A stretch of DNA of 64,000 bases, taken from assembly GCA_965203325.1 (NCBI GenBank), contig OZ241875.1, positions 1,632,001 to 1,696,000 on the forward strand, in the 5' to 3' direction. This document shows, piece after piece, positions 33,046 through 44,902 of the stretch. Under the pieces are notes generated by a model. It was not told the DNA's origin. It searched no databases and worked only from the letters and a program-made list of their open reading frames with translations. Each line of letters opens with the position of its first letter. Positions within the stretch are counted from its first letter, which is position 1. Position numbers and translations under genes: made by a program. The DNA is from a bacterium. GTDB taxonomy: Bacteria; UBA8248.

Positions 33046-34182
33046 ATTAACGAATCCCATCAAGACCCCGAATTCCTGAACGACCTCGGAATCCGCCGCG
33101 TCATCAGCGCGCGCACCCGCCAGACCGTCTTCGGCGGCTCGAAAATGAGGCCGGAAGTCTGGACCGCCATGCAGGAGGCGAACGCCGCCCAGGTGGACAT
33201 GAACGAGTTGCACGCCAAGGCGGGCACGCGCATCGCCGGGATGACGCAGAACGAGGCGGCCTACGTCACGAGCGGCTCCGCCGCGGGCCTCGTGCTGTGC
33301 GCGGCCGCGTGCGTCACGGGCGGGAACCCGGCCCTCATGGACAGGCTCCCCTTCACCGACGGTCTCAAGAACGAAATCGTGATCCACCGCTTCCAGCGAA
33401 ACCACTACGACATCAACATCCGCCAGGCGGGGGCGCGGCTCGTGGAGATCGGCTCGCACCGCCAGACCCACCCCTGGGAGTTAGAGGAGGCCATCGGCGA
33501 GAAGACGGCGGGCGTCTTCTATTTCCCGGGCCGCTACGCGGGCGGAAACATCCTGAAGCTCAAGACCATCATCGAGATCGCGCACGGCAAGAACGTCCCT
33601 GTAATCGTGGACGCCGCGTCGCAGCTTCCGCCGTCCGCCAATCTCTGGCGCTACACCAAGGAGATGGGGGCCGACGCCGCCATCTTCAGCGGGGGAAAGA
33701 GCATCGGCGGGTCGCAGAACACGGGAATCATCCTGGGCAAAAAGGAGCTCATCGAGGCCTGCGCCATGATGGGAAGCCCCAGGTATTCGGTCGGCCGGCC
33801 CATGAAGGCGGGGCGCGACGACATCGTGGGCCTGGTCTGCGCACTCGAACATTACCTGGACGAGGGCGAGGCCGAACAGTACGCCCACAACGAGCGGTGG
33901 TGCGAGTTCTTCATGGAGCGCACAGCCGGGATGAAGGGACTCTCGCCCCGCGTGAGGCGCCCCAATTCCCTGGGACAGGATTTGCCCGAAGTCGTGATCG
34001 AAATTGATGAGGATGCGCTCGGGAAATCGCGAGATGAGGTCGCCGATGCGCTATGGGAGTGCGAAGTAAGAGTGCAGGTCGGCATATCGGGCGAGTCGGG
34101 AATCTTCATCTCCCCCGACCCGCTGACGGATGAAGACGCGGAATACCTGTGGGCGAGGTTTCAGGAGGTTGTGTCATCGTAG
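33046..34182 (+). CDS. SelA/DgaE-like PLP-dependent enzyme
   Basis: VTSGSAAG, VIVDAA, FSGGK (PLP Lys) and GRPMK motifs; conserved N-terminus LGIRRVISA..T..GGS lies upstream of the first ATG, implying a start near ATT 33046. Confidence 0.85.
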   Translation: MNESHQDPEFLNDLGIRRVISARTRQTVFGGSKMRPEVWTAMQEANAAQVDMNELHAKAGTRIAGMTQNEAAYVTSGSAAGLVLCAAACVTGGNPALMDRLPFTDGLKNEIVIHRFQRNHYDINIRQAGARLVEIGSHRQTHPWELEEAIGEKTAGVFYFPGRYAGGNILKLKTIIEIAHGKNVPVIVDAASQLPPSANLWRYTKEMGADAAIFSGGKSIGGSQNTGIILGKKELIEACAMMGSPRYSVGRPMKAGRDDIVGLVCALEHYLDEGEAEQYAHNERWCEFFMERTAGMKGLSPRVRRPNSLGQDLPEVVIEIDEDALGKSRDEVADALWECEVRVQVGISGESGIFISPDPLTDEDAEYLWARFQEVVSS

Positions 34183-34277
34183 GGACAACCCCCCGTGGTT
34201 GTCCTTCGCCAGGACAGGCACAGGGGCCTGTCCCTACAAAACTATTACATCGTCATTCCGGCGAATGCCGGAACGAC
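34179..34277. repeat. GTAG REP doublet plus a CGTC-type palindrome
   Basis: GTAGGGACAACCCCCGTGGTTGTCC...GGACAGGCACAGGGGCCTGTCCCTAC, then CGTCATTCCGGCGAATGCCGGAAC. Confidence 0.85.
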
Positions 34278-34308
34278 GGAAAAAGACAAAGAACATTCCT
34301 CTCATTCG

Positions 34309-34616
34309 GGGGCTGTTGAAAAAGCCATTCCACAAATAGGAAATAAATTTCTCATTCAACATAGGCCTATGAAATCAACTCCCCCCTTGAGGGTCTGGCT
34401 TCCCGAGGGGAAAGCCAGACGATGAAGCCGAGCGATTTGTGCGAAGGCTGAATCGGTGGGGGGATATGCTACAGAAAAAAACTCCCCCCACCGGTTCGGT
34501 TTCGGGCAAAAACCCCCTCACCTCACCGACTCCCCCTCAAGGGGGGAGTTGATTTGAAACTCTCTTTGATGGAAAGAGCGCCGTAGTTGAAGTACGCCGG
34601 GTTTTTCGACAACACC
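34309..34616. mobile_element. MITE-like element with nested palindrome, copy 3
   Basis: Ends GGGGCTGTTGAAAAAGCC / GGGTTTTTCGACAACACC; internal 19-bp IR AAATCAACTCCCCCCTTGA (34372-34555). Confidence 0.75.
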
Positions 34617-34644
34617 TTGAGGGGGAAGTGTTCTTATCACATCC

Positions 34645-34701
34645 GTAGGGACAACCCCCCGTGGTTGTCCTTCGCCAGGACAGGTCGCGACCTGTCCCTA
34701 C
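34645..34701. repeat. GTAG REP doublet
   Basis: GTAGGGACAACCCCCGTGGTTGTCC-TTCGCCA-GGACAGGTCGCGACCTGTCCCTAC. Confidence 0.88.
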
Positions 34702-34724
34702 GAGACCATCAAAGCCCCCCGTCC

Positions 34725-37433
<2,709 letters not shown>

Positions 37434-37669
37434 CTTTCACCTCTCTCGGACGGGAAATCCGCCTCCCGCAACATCCACCGGGAAAACGGCCCCCATCCCG
37501 TCAAGCGCTCCTTGCGTCCGAAACCGGCCAAAGAGGCGACTTCAGATAAAAAGCTATAACCGATTGAATCATATTGTGTTAAAGAAATACCGACTTTCAA
37601 CTAAAGAGATAATACCACAGATGGGCGCAAAGAACGAGGGTGAGCCAAAACCCGCGCCCGGAAGCGTTC

Positions 37670-38095
37670 TCAGGCTTCTTTGACGACCATGTAGGTGGCC
37701 GAAGCGAAGCAGACGAGCTTTTCGGCATCGTCGAGAAGACGGATCTCCCAAACGGAAGTCTTGTGCCCCAGATGCAGGGCCTTCGCCTCGCCGATGAGGG
37801 TTCCTTCCTTCACGGGACGGACGAAATTCACCTTCATCTCCACCGTCACCACCTCGGTCCCGACCGGGTAGCTCACGTAGCTGCCCACGCCGCCGACGGT
37901 GTCGGCGAGTGAGGCCAGCGCGCCGCCGTGGACGATCCCGAAAGGCTGATACAGCTTCGGCGCCACGGGCATCGCCACGCGGGCGAAACCCTCTTCGGCT
38001 TCCAGGACTTCAAAACCCAGAAGGTCGTTGAAGTTCCCCTGCCAGCGGGCCTGGAACACCCGCTCGACTTCTTCCCTCGTCCATGAGCGGCTCAT
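37670..38095 (-). CDS. PaaI-family thioesterase
   Basis: QPFGIVHGGALASLADT and EMKVNFVRPV motifs. Confidence 0.9.
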   Translation of the reverse strand: MSRSWTREEVERVFQARWQGNFNDLLGFEVLEAEEGFARVAMPVAPKLYQPFGIVHGGALASLADTVGGVGSYVSYPVGTEVVTVEMKVNFVRPVKEGTLIGEAKALHLGHKTSVWEIRLLDDAEKLVCFASATYMVVKEA

Positions 38096-38161
38096 TTTCA
38101 TCCTTTCGAACGCACATCCCCGCGTGAAAGTCATGCGCGTGAGAGGCGGTGCGGTTTTGTT

Positions 38162-38290
38162 CGTCATTCCGGCGCATGCCGGAATCCAGGGAATTTGTCT
38201 TTCTGCCTTTCGCCTTCATTCACGCTCAAACCAAGACCGGGATATATCCACACCAATCGGCTCTGGATTCCGGCATGCGCCGGAATGACG
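38162..38290. repeat. CGTC-type palindrome inverted pair
   Basis: CGTCATTCCGGCGCATGCCGGAATCCAG ... CTGGATTCCGGCATGCGCCGGAATGACG. Confidence 0.9.
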
Positions 38291-38408
38291 GCAGTGGTAA
38301 ATTCCGAGCGAGGAGGAATTATTCAACAACCCCTTCGGCTCGATCCCCAACGTCATATATTTGGGCCATACCCATGAAAACAGACGAAACGATGCTCCCG
38401 AAGGCCGA

Positions 38409-38723
38409 CTAGCCGAAGATCTGCGTCGGGACGCGGCCCCACTCGGCGGGGTCGGTGAGGATGTCGTCGCCCTCGCCCTCGTAGGAGAAGAACAGGAGTT
38501 CGGTCTCGGTCTTCCTGCCCTTCTTTTCCAGGCGGCGCACCGTGATTGTCGGCACGTGGACGCCGAGTTCGAAGTTTTTCGCGTGGCTCACCGAGACGCT
38601 CGCCCCGAACTTGGCGGCGCAGCCTTCGAGTTGTTCCCGCGTCGTCTTCACCCGTCCGTCCGCGAGGATTTCCCCGCCGAAATTCTCCGTGAGGTCGACC
38701 ACAAAAATTTCTGGCTCCAGCAT
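38409..38723 (-). CDS. Hypothetical protein (104 aa)
   Basis: GGGAGA RBS; host-like codon usage; family not recognised. Confidence 0.65.
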   Translation of the reverse strand: MLEPEIFVVDLTENFGGEILADGRVKTTREQLEGCAAKFGASVSVSHAKNFELGVHVPTITVRRLEKKGRKTETELLFFSYEGEGDDILTDPAEWGRVPTQIFG

Positions 38724-38921
38724 GATGGCGCATTCTCCCTTGAAACGTGATGAAAGGAATCCCCTGTCAGGGGCCTGCGAAAGCGCGGAGTCTAGCAGAA
38801 AGGGGACGGGGTGAGAAAGGGGGCGGGGGTTCGCCCGATGAAAAAATCCGTTATATCGCTATCCGGGAATGAAACGTTCGGGTCGTTTCACCCGCAACCG
38901 CTTGGTTTCTCCGCATCCGCA

Positions 38922-38946
38922 AGGACAGGTCGCGACCTGTCCCTAC
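38922..38946. repeat. GTAG-type REP
   Basis: GGACAGGTCGCGACCTGTCCCTAC. Confidence 0.85.
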
Positions 38947-38961
38947 CAAAAGCTCAGATTC

Positions 38962-39190
38962 TCACTCGCCGCCTGTCCTCGAACCTTTGGGAACCGCCTT
39001 GCCGGCGTAGATGAGCCGCCTCCCGTCCGCAATAGGCCGGTACTCGGCCATCGCGCCCTCATAGTAGAGCGCGTAGATTCCCGCTCCCTGGACTCCCGCG
39101 AGACCGTCTAATGGTATTCGCTCTTGTGTTTCAAAGTGCGCGACGGTACCTGCCATGAGATTGTCGTAGGTAAGCGGGTCGCATCTAACC
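38962..39190 (-). pseudogene. Eco29kI-like GIY-YIG restriction endonuclease fragment
   Basis: DPLTYDNLM...GAGIYALYYEG..Y..I....IYAGKAVPKGSRTG, then a stop; only the N-terminal third remains. Confidence 0.75.
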
Positions 39191-39193
39191 CCC

Positions 39194-39964
39194 CTACCAG
39201 TCCCAGAACAGCGTATACGCCCTGCCGGTGACGGGCCCGGTTTCGCGCCATTCCAGGCGGGTCTGGCCGGTTTCGTTCAAGAGGCGGGGATAGACGCGGC
39301 GCTTGTTGAAGCTGTTCGACGCCCCCTGGGACTCCTCGCGCCGCGCGCCCACCAGCTTGCGGCCGGGGGGGATGAGCACCTCCAGGTGAAATTCATCGGT
39401 GGGGTATTCCACCACGAGAGTGACCCACTCGTTTCGCGTCGTGAACGAATCGTGCAGAACGATCTCGTGGCGAAGCTCGAAGCGCGCGCCCGCGCGAATC
39501 GGCTCGGGCAGGGGCAAATGCGCGGAATAATCCGCACCCGCGCCCTTTTCTATCCGGTATTCCAGGGGCGTCCAGGGGACTTCGGCGGCGCCATTTCCGG
39601 CAAGACGGTAGGAATAGGCCACCTCCCTGTCGCCGCTGCCGGTGTGATAGCGCGTCCTCACCCGGGGCAACTCCCGCCGGGCCACGCAGCGCCGCACGCT
39701 CTCCATGCGCGCGGTGCGGCCTTCGACGTCTCCTATCGTATACAAGCGGGAGTGGAGGAGGACATGGTAGTCGTACTCGTCCTCCTCGCCGCTACCCGCC
39801 GCGGAAGCGGATTCTGCGGAGCGGATTCGTTCTTCCAGACGCCGGACGCGCGCTTCGAGCGCATCCAGTTTATCCGAGAGTTCTTCCTGGCTCTTGAGAA
39901 TCGAAGAGATGCCGCTGGAGAGCTCTTTGAGGAGGTCTGCCGTTTCCGGACTTTCATCCGCCAT
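39194..39964 (-). CDS. Hypothetical protein: N-terminal coiled coil plus beta-sandwich domain
   Basis: Heptad stretch LSDKLDALEARVRRLEERI; beta-rich C-terminus ending P..G..YTLFWDW; start uncertain. Confidence 0.7.
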   Translation of the reverse strand: MADESPETADLLKELSSGISSILKSQEELSDKLDALEARVRRLEERIRSAESASAAGSGEEDEYDYHVLLHSRLYTIGDVEGRTARMESVRRCVARRELPRVRTRYHTGSGDREVAYSYRLAGNGAAEVPWTPLEYRIEKGAGADYSAHLPLPEPIRAGARFELRHEIVLHDSFTTRNEWVTLVVEYPTDEFHLEVLIPPGRKLVGARREESQGASNSFNKRRVYPRLLNETGQTRLEWRETGPVTGRAYTLFWDW

Positions 39965-40179
39965 ATCGGTGCATCCATCGTGCTGCATTGTGTCGCGCAT
40001 TAACCCGCATTTGCCGTGTATGTGTCTCCCTAGGGGAGAGGTATACCAACATACCGGGCGCACGGGCAAGGGGCGCTTCCCGCACCTCGTTCTCCCGAAA
40101 AACAATTCTGAAAAATAAGATAAATACCGGCAAATTCAGGAGGTTTTCCGATAAATTCCTGAAAGCTCAAGCCATTGTT

Positions 40180-41334
40180 TTATATGGAGTTGAATTGTTT
40201 CAAGGCGCTTTGGCCAGACAAGCGGCGCGCGTCGGCCAACTGTCCGCACGCCGCGAGAATGTCGCTCCCCTTGGCCGTGCGCGTGGTGGCCACCACGCCC
40301 GCCGCCAGGAGGATGCGGCGGAATTCATCGACGCGCCCCTCATCGGGCCGCTCGAAGGGAGTTCCCGGGAACGGATTCCAGGGGATGAGATTCACCTTGC
40401 ATTTCAGCCCCTCCAGGAGTTTTGAGAGCTTCTTCGCGTCCTGCCCAGAGTCATTCACCTCCCGGAGCATGACGTATTCAAAGGTGATGCGGCGGCGCTC
40501 GCCCATCGGCAACTCCCGGCATTCATCGAGCAGCGCCCCCAGATTCCACTTGCGGTTCACCGGCACGAGTTTCGCTCTGGTTTCATCGTCCGCCGCATGC
40601 AGCGATACGGCCAGACCCACGCCCGGAACGGCGGAGACGAAACGTTTCAGCTTCGAGACGACCCCCACCGTCGATACGGTAAGCCTCCTGGGGCTGACGC
40701 CGTTCGCCTGCGGGTGCGTGAGAATCTTCACGGCCTTTACGGTGGCGTCGAAATTATCGAGCGGCTCCCCCATTCCCATGAACACGACGTTGTGCAAACG
40801 CTCCCCCGGGGCGAGGAGGCTTCGCGCGGCGAGGAACTGACCGACGATCTCACCGGCCGTCAACTGCCTGACGAAACCCATCTTCGCCGTCAGACAAAAT
40901 GCGCACCCCATCGCGCATCCGACCTGCGTGGAGACGCAAAGAGACCACCGCATGACGCCGTTTACGTTTCGCATGGGTATCCGGACGCTCTCGACCCGCG
41001 CGCCGTCACGAAGCCGCCACAAGTATTTTTCCGTGCCGTCCGCGCTTTTGCTCTCCCGGTCGAGTTCGAGAGTCTCCAGGCGAGCCGCTTCCGCAAGCTT
41101 CGCCCGAAAACCCTTGGGGATGTTCGTCATCTGGGAAAATTCGCTCACCCCGTGAGCATACAGCCATGAGAATATCTGCCGGCCCCTGTAGGGGGGTTCC
41201 CCCATCTCCCCGCAAAAAGAAACGAGCTCCTCCTCATCCATGCCGAGGAGCCCGACAGGCCGAGAGGACAGCGACCGCTCCAGCCGGCCGGTTGCGATTT
41301 TTGATTTCACGTCCTGTTCCATAGATGGACTCAT
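40180..41334 (-). CDS. rlmN: 23S rRNA/tRNA m2A methyltransferase (radical SAM)
   Basis: CVSTQVGCAMGCAFC, MGMGEP, SLHA and AACGQL motifs. Confidence 0.96.
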   Translation of the reverse strand: MSPSMEQDVKSKIATGRLERSLSSRPVGLLGMDEEELVSFCGEMGEPPYRGRQIFSWLYAHGVSEFSQMTNIPKGFRAKLAEAARLETLELDRESKSADGTEKYLWRLRDGARVESVRIPMRNVNGVMRWSLCVSTQVGCAMGCAFCLTAKMGFVRQLTAGEIVGQFLAARSLLAPGERLHNVVFMGMGEPLDNFDATVKAVKILTHPQANGVSPRRLTVSTVGVVSKLKRFVSAVPGVGLAVSLHAADDETRAKLVPVNRKWNLGALLDECRELPMGERRRITFEYVMLREVNDSGQDAKKLSKLLEGLKCKVNLIPWNPFPGTPFERPDEGRVDEFRRILLAAGVVATTRTAKGSDILAACGQLADARRLSGQSALKQFNSI

Positions 41335-41410
41335 GGTGTTATCGTTTGCCGATTTCGTTTCCGGCTTGAATCATAACATGGTTGTCCATAACCGGATGGA
41401 AAGCACTCAT

Positions 41411-42046
41411 ATGAGCATACGCGCGCTTCTTTTAGACCACGACGGCACGCTTGTCGACAGCTACGACGGCATCGCCAAGTGCATGCGCCTCATGTGCCGT
41501 GATCTGGGCGTGCCCGAAATGAGCGATGCGGAAATTCTCGCATCCATCGGCCCTACACTCGAGGATAGATTCACCCAACTATGGGGCGAAGACATGGCTG
41601 AAGAAGCGGTGCGCATCTACCGCTCCCATTACAAGCTCCATAATGCCGCAGGCACCCATATCATTCCCGGCGTGAAAAAAACACTCGAAACCCTCTCCCG
41701 ACGAGGTATTCAGATGGCCTGCGTTTCGAACAAGGCCTGGTTCTTCTGCAAGGAGCAATTGGCACACGTCGGGCTCTTGCCCTACATGCACGCGGTATTC
41801 GGTCACCGTCAGGGATATGCGCCGAAACCGGCCCCGGAAATGCTGTTCGCCGCCATCGAATCGCTTAACGCGAAACCGGAAGAAGTCGTCATGGTCGGGG
41901 ATACGACGACGGACTTGCAAGCCGCCAGAAACGCATCGATCCCTGCATGGATCATCAAGGGGAAATACTCCCGGCATGATGAGATACTAAAATTAAACCC
42001 GGATAAGTATCTGGAAAAACTGGAGGACATTCTCGACTTGATATAA
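41411..42046 (+). CDS. HAD-family hydrolase (phosphoglycolate phosphatase-like)
   Basis: DHDGTLVDS, SNK, KPAP and VGD...D motifs. Confidence 0.9.
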   Translation: MSIRALLLDHDGTLVDSYDGIAKCMRLMCRDLGVPEMSDAEILASIGPTLEDRFTQLWGEDMAEEAVRIYRSHYKLHNAAGTHIIPGVKKTLETLSRRGIQMACVSNKAWFFCKEQLAHVGLLPYMHAVFGHRQGYAPKPAPEMLFAAIESLNAKPEEVVMVGDTTTDLQAARNASIPAWIIKGKYSRHDEILKLNPDKYLEKLEDILDLI

Positions 42047-42247
42047 TTCACCAATTGCCGCTTGCGCACTCGGTGATGGTTTTCTATCTTTTGTTCAGGG
42101 GATAGCGGCGTACGATGGCGCAACCCAAGTCCGCCCAACTATCGCGATTTCACGCAAGAGTCTGTTCTTGCTCTCTCATCTCGCGGTTTTGTTTGAGTTT
42201 GAATGGAAAGACGCTCCGCCCGAGCCAGTTCCAATACTTTCCCCGGA

Positions 42248-43024
42248 ATGAATCTCATGAACCTCATCATCAGCGTCCTGATCGCCATTTACATTTTATT
42301 CCTGATACTCGAACTCAAAGATTTGCGCCTCGGGCAAAGTAAATACATGTGGGCGCTTTCGAGACTCCCGCTGGCCGGAATCGCTCTTGCCGCCGTATGG
42401 ATGCTCCATGCGCAGCCGCTTCCCTCCATAACGAAATTGATGCAGTTAAAGAAAATTTCATTCCTCACCCCAAAAATTCATCCCGATGAACAAATGAAGG
42501 CGACGAGGAGTGGAAATTTCACGACAGGAAAACCCGGGATTTTTTGGCACATTCATCATTACGCCAGACTCTATGAGGTCGACCCCCTGTTGGTGCGAGC
42601 CGTCATCGAAGTGGAAAGCAACTTCGATCCAAAGGCCGTTTCTCGAGACGGGGCCAAAGGGCTGATGCAAATCAACCCGATTACCGCCAAACATTTGGGC
42701 CTCGACGATGTTTTCGACATCGGGGAAAACATCGAGGGCGGCGTGCGTTATCTGCGATATTTACTTGAGCTATACGGCTGGAATTTACATATGACGCTGG
42801 CCTCATACAATGCGGGGCCCGCCAACATCAAGCGCTATAACGGGATTCCTCCCTTCCGAGAGACGCGCCGGTATATCTCAAGGGTCATCAAAGTATATGA
42901 GCGCCTCAAAAGAACGGATGAAGTCTTCAACGACTCCTCCCGGCTTTCGGCTTTGCTCCGTCCCTCGCCCGACACCGGGGCAAAAACGGATAGGGAGATT
43001 CAGCGGCAAATCACGCAACAGTGA
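42248..43024 (+). CDS. Membrane-anchored lytic transglycosylase (SLT domain)
   Basis: AVIEVES, GAKGLMQ, ASYNAG and PPFRET..Y motifs. Confidence 0.9.
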   Translation: MNLMNLIISVLIAIYILFLILELKDLRLGQSKYMWALSRLPLAGIALAAVWMLHAQPLPSITKLMQLKKISFLTPKIHPDEQMKATRSGNFTTGKPGIFWHIHHYARLYEVDPLLVRAVIEVESNFDPKAVSRDGAKGLMQINPITAKHLGLDDVFDIGENIEGGVRYLRYLLELYGWNLHMTLASYNAGPANIKRYNGIPPFRETRRYISRVIKVYERLKRTDEVFNDSSRLSALLRPSPDTGAKTDREIQRQITQQ

Positions 43025-43200
43025 GCTTGAACACGAAAGGATTTGCTTCCATTCAGGAAAGTGCAGGGTTTTCTCATCTTATGGCAATGATGCGTCATTC
43101 TGGAATCACATTGCCAAACCATACGCGGGTTCTATATTTTACAATTCAAAGAAGCCACCCGGCCCCGATATATCAATAGCGCATCGCACCAGGACATAGA

Positions 43201-43941
43201 ATGCCGACCAGAGTCGCCTCATCAACCACCCGAAAACGAAAAATCCTGAAACTCACGGATAGGCTATTGTCGCGCTTCGGGAAGCCAAAGCGCACAAAGC
43301 GAAGCAACCTCCTGGATTCCCTGGTCGAAACCCTGCTCTCACAAAGCACGACCGATCATAACCGCGACATGGCGTTTGATTCCTTGAAAAAAACCTTTGC
43401 CAGTTGGGATGAAATCGCCGACGCCCCTCAAGAATCTCTCGCCCAGGCAATCCGTTCGGCCGGTCTGGGCAATCAAAAAGCGGGGAGAATACGGGATTTT
43501 CTGAGATGGCTTCGTGAGGACCGAGAGCAACTCTGCCTGGAATTCCTACACCATGAACCGGATGATTTCGCCGTGCGGTATCTTACGCAACACAAAGGCA
43601 TCGGCGTCAAAACCGCTTATGTCACCCTGATGCTGGCTTCAAACCGGGATTTGTTCCCCATCGACGTTCACATTCACCGGATCATGATCCGCCTGGGCAT
43701 CATCTCCGAGAAAACCACGCCTGAAAAATCTCACGCGGTCCTGGCGCCACTCATTCCAACAGGCCGCGCTCATGAATTGCACATGAACATGCTGCGTTTT
43801 GGCCGCACCATCTGCACCGCCCGCAATCCCAAGTGCACCGACTGCGACATGAGACGAATGTGCCCCTACTATAAAGACAAGATTCCGGGAAAATCCAAAG
43901 GCGGAGATGTTCATCTTTCGCAAAAGCAAATCAGCCCATGA
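43201..43941 (+). CDS. Endonuclease III-related HhH-GPD glycosylase
   Basis: LLSQST, GIGVKTA, FPIDVH and C-x6-C-x2-C-x5-C motifs. Confidence 0.9.
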   Translation: MPTRVASSTTRKRKILKLTDRLLSRFGKPKRTKRSNLLDSLVETLLSQSTTDHNRDMAFDSLKKTFASWDEIADAPQESLAQAIRSAGLGNQKAGRIRDFLRWLREDREQLCLEFLHHEPDDFAVRYLTQHKGIGVKTAYVTLMLASNRDLFPIDVHIHRIMIRLGIISEKTTPEKSHAVLAPLIPTGRAHELHMNMLRFGRTICTARNPKCTDCDMRRMCPYYKDKIPGKSKGGDVHLSQKQISP

Positions 43942-44834
43942 GTTGGATCCACCGGATCGGCCCGGGCGAAATGCTGGCCATCGCTTCTTCCATCACATTC
44001 TCGGTAGCGCAGACTTTTCTCAGACAGGGAATGAGGAGCGTATCTCCCCTTGCCGCCGCCTTGATAGTGAATGGAATCGTAAGCCTGGGCGGCTTCGTCA
44101 TGTCTCTCTTGAACGGCACGCTTTTTACTTCGAAGGCAGAAGCCATCTTCTGGTACGCCGCCGTGGGCGCCGCGGGTCCCACCATAGGCAGATATTGCTA
44201 CCTGGTGGGCGTCTCCCGTATCGGGCTCAGCCGCTCTGTGCCCATATCCTCGGCGGCCCCGATCTGGGGAACTTTTTTCGCGATCCTGATTTTGGGAGAA
44301 ACGCCGACAACCATGGTCGTACTCGGCACCCTGGGCATCGTCATCGGGGTATCCATTCTCGGGATACAAGACGACAAATCCCAATCTTTCAAAAGCTGGT
44401 TCCGGGGAGCGCTGATATTTCCGCTCGTTGCATCACTGGCCTATGCGATAGCGCCCATCTTCGCCAAACTCGCATATACGCATCAGATGACACCCAGCGT
44501 CGGCATGGCCGTCTCCTTCGCCACAGCCAACTGTTTACTTCTGCTCACGAAACCAATCCTGCCCGGCCAAAATGAGATTCGAGGCAAAAGAAGAGGCCTC
44601 CTGTGGGTGGGAGGCGCAGGCGCCATCGGTATTTGCAGCTCGTTTATGCTTTGGACAGCCTTTACGATGGCGAGCGTTTCCACTGCGCTGCCCCTGAGCC
44701 GGATCGCACCGATTTGGGTACTGGTTCTGAGCTATTTTTTCCTGGGCAAGCTCGAAACAATCAACCGCAAGACTGTTCTGGCCACGATTTGCGTCGTCAC
44801 AGGCGGAGTCCTGATCACCGCTTTCAGGAACTAA
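43938..44834 (+). CDS. DMT/EamA-family transporter
   Basis: About 10 TM segments in two EamA repeats (ILGE / FLGKLE). Confidence 0.85.
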   Translation: MSWIHRIGPGEMLAIASSITFSVAQTFLRQGMRSVSPLAAALIVNGIVSLGGFVMSLLNGTLFTSKAEAIFWYAAVGAAGPTIGRYCYLVGVSRIGLSRSVPISSAAPIWGTFFAILILGETPTTMVVLGTLGIVIGVSILGIQDDKSQSFKSWFRGALIFPLVASLAYAIAPIFAKLAYTHQMTPSVGMAVSFATANCLLLLTKPILPGQNEIRGKRRGLLWVGGAGAIGICSSFMLWTAFTMASVSTALPLSRIAPIWVLVLSYFFLGKLETINRKTVLATICVVTGGVLITAFRN

Positions 44835-44902
44835 CTCTATGGAGAAGAGCAACCCTCCATGCTCACCTCCAATCTTGAATCTCCAGCGTCCAGCGAAAAA
44901 CC

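Noticed and set aside
33046..34182. True selenocysteine synthase (selA) serving the nearby selenoprotein
   Set aside because: At about 378 aa it lacks the N-terminal tRNA-binding extension, and no selB/selC is adjacent; it looks like the SelA-like/DgaE paralogue group
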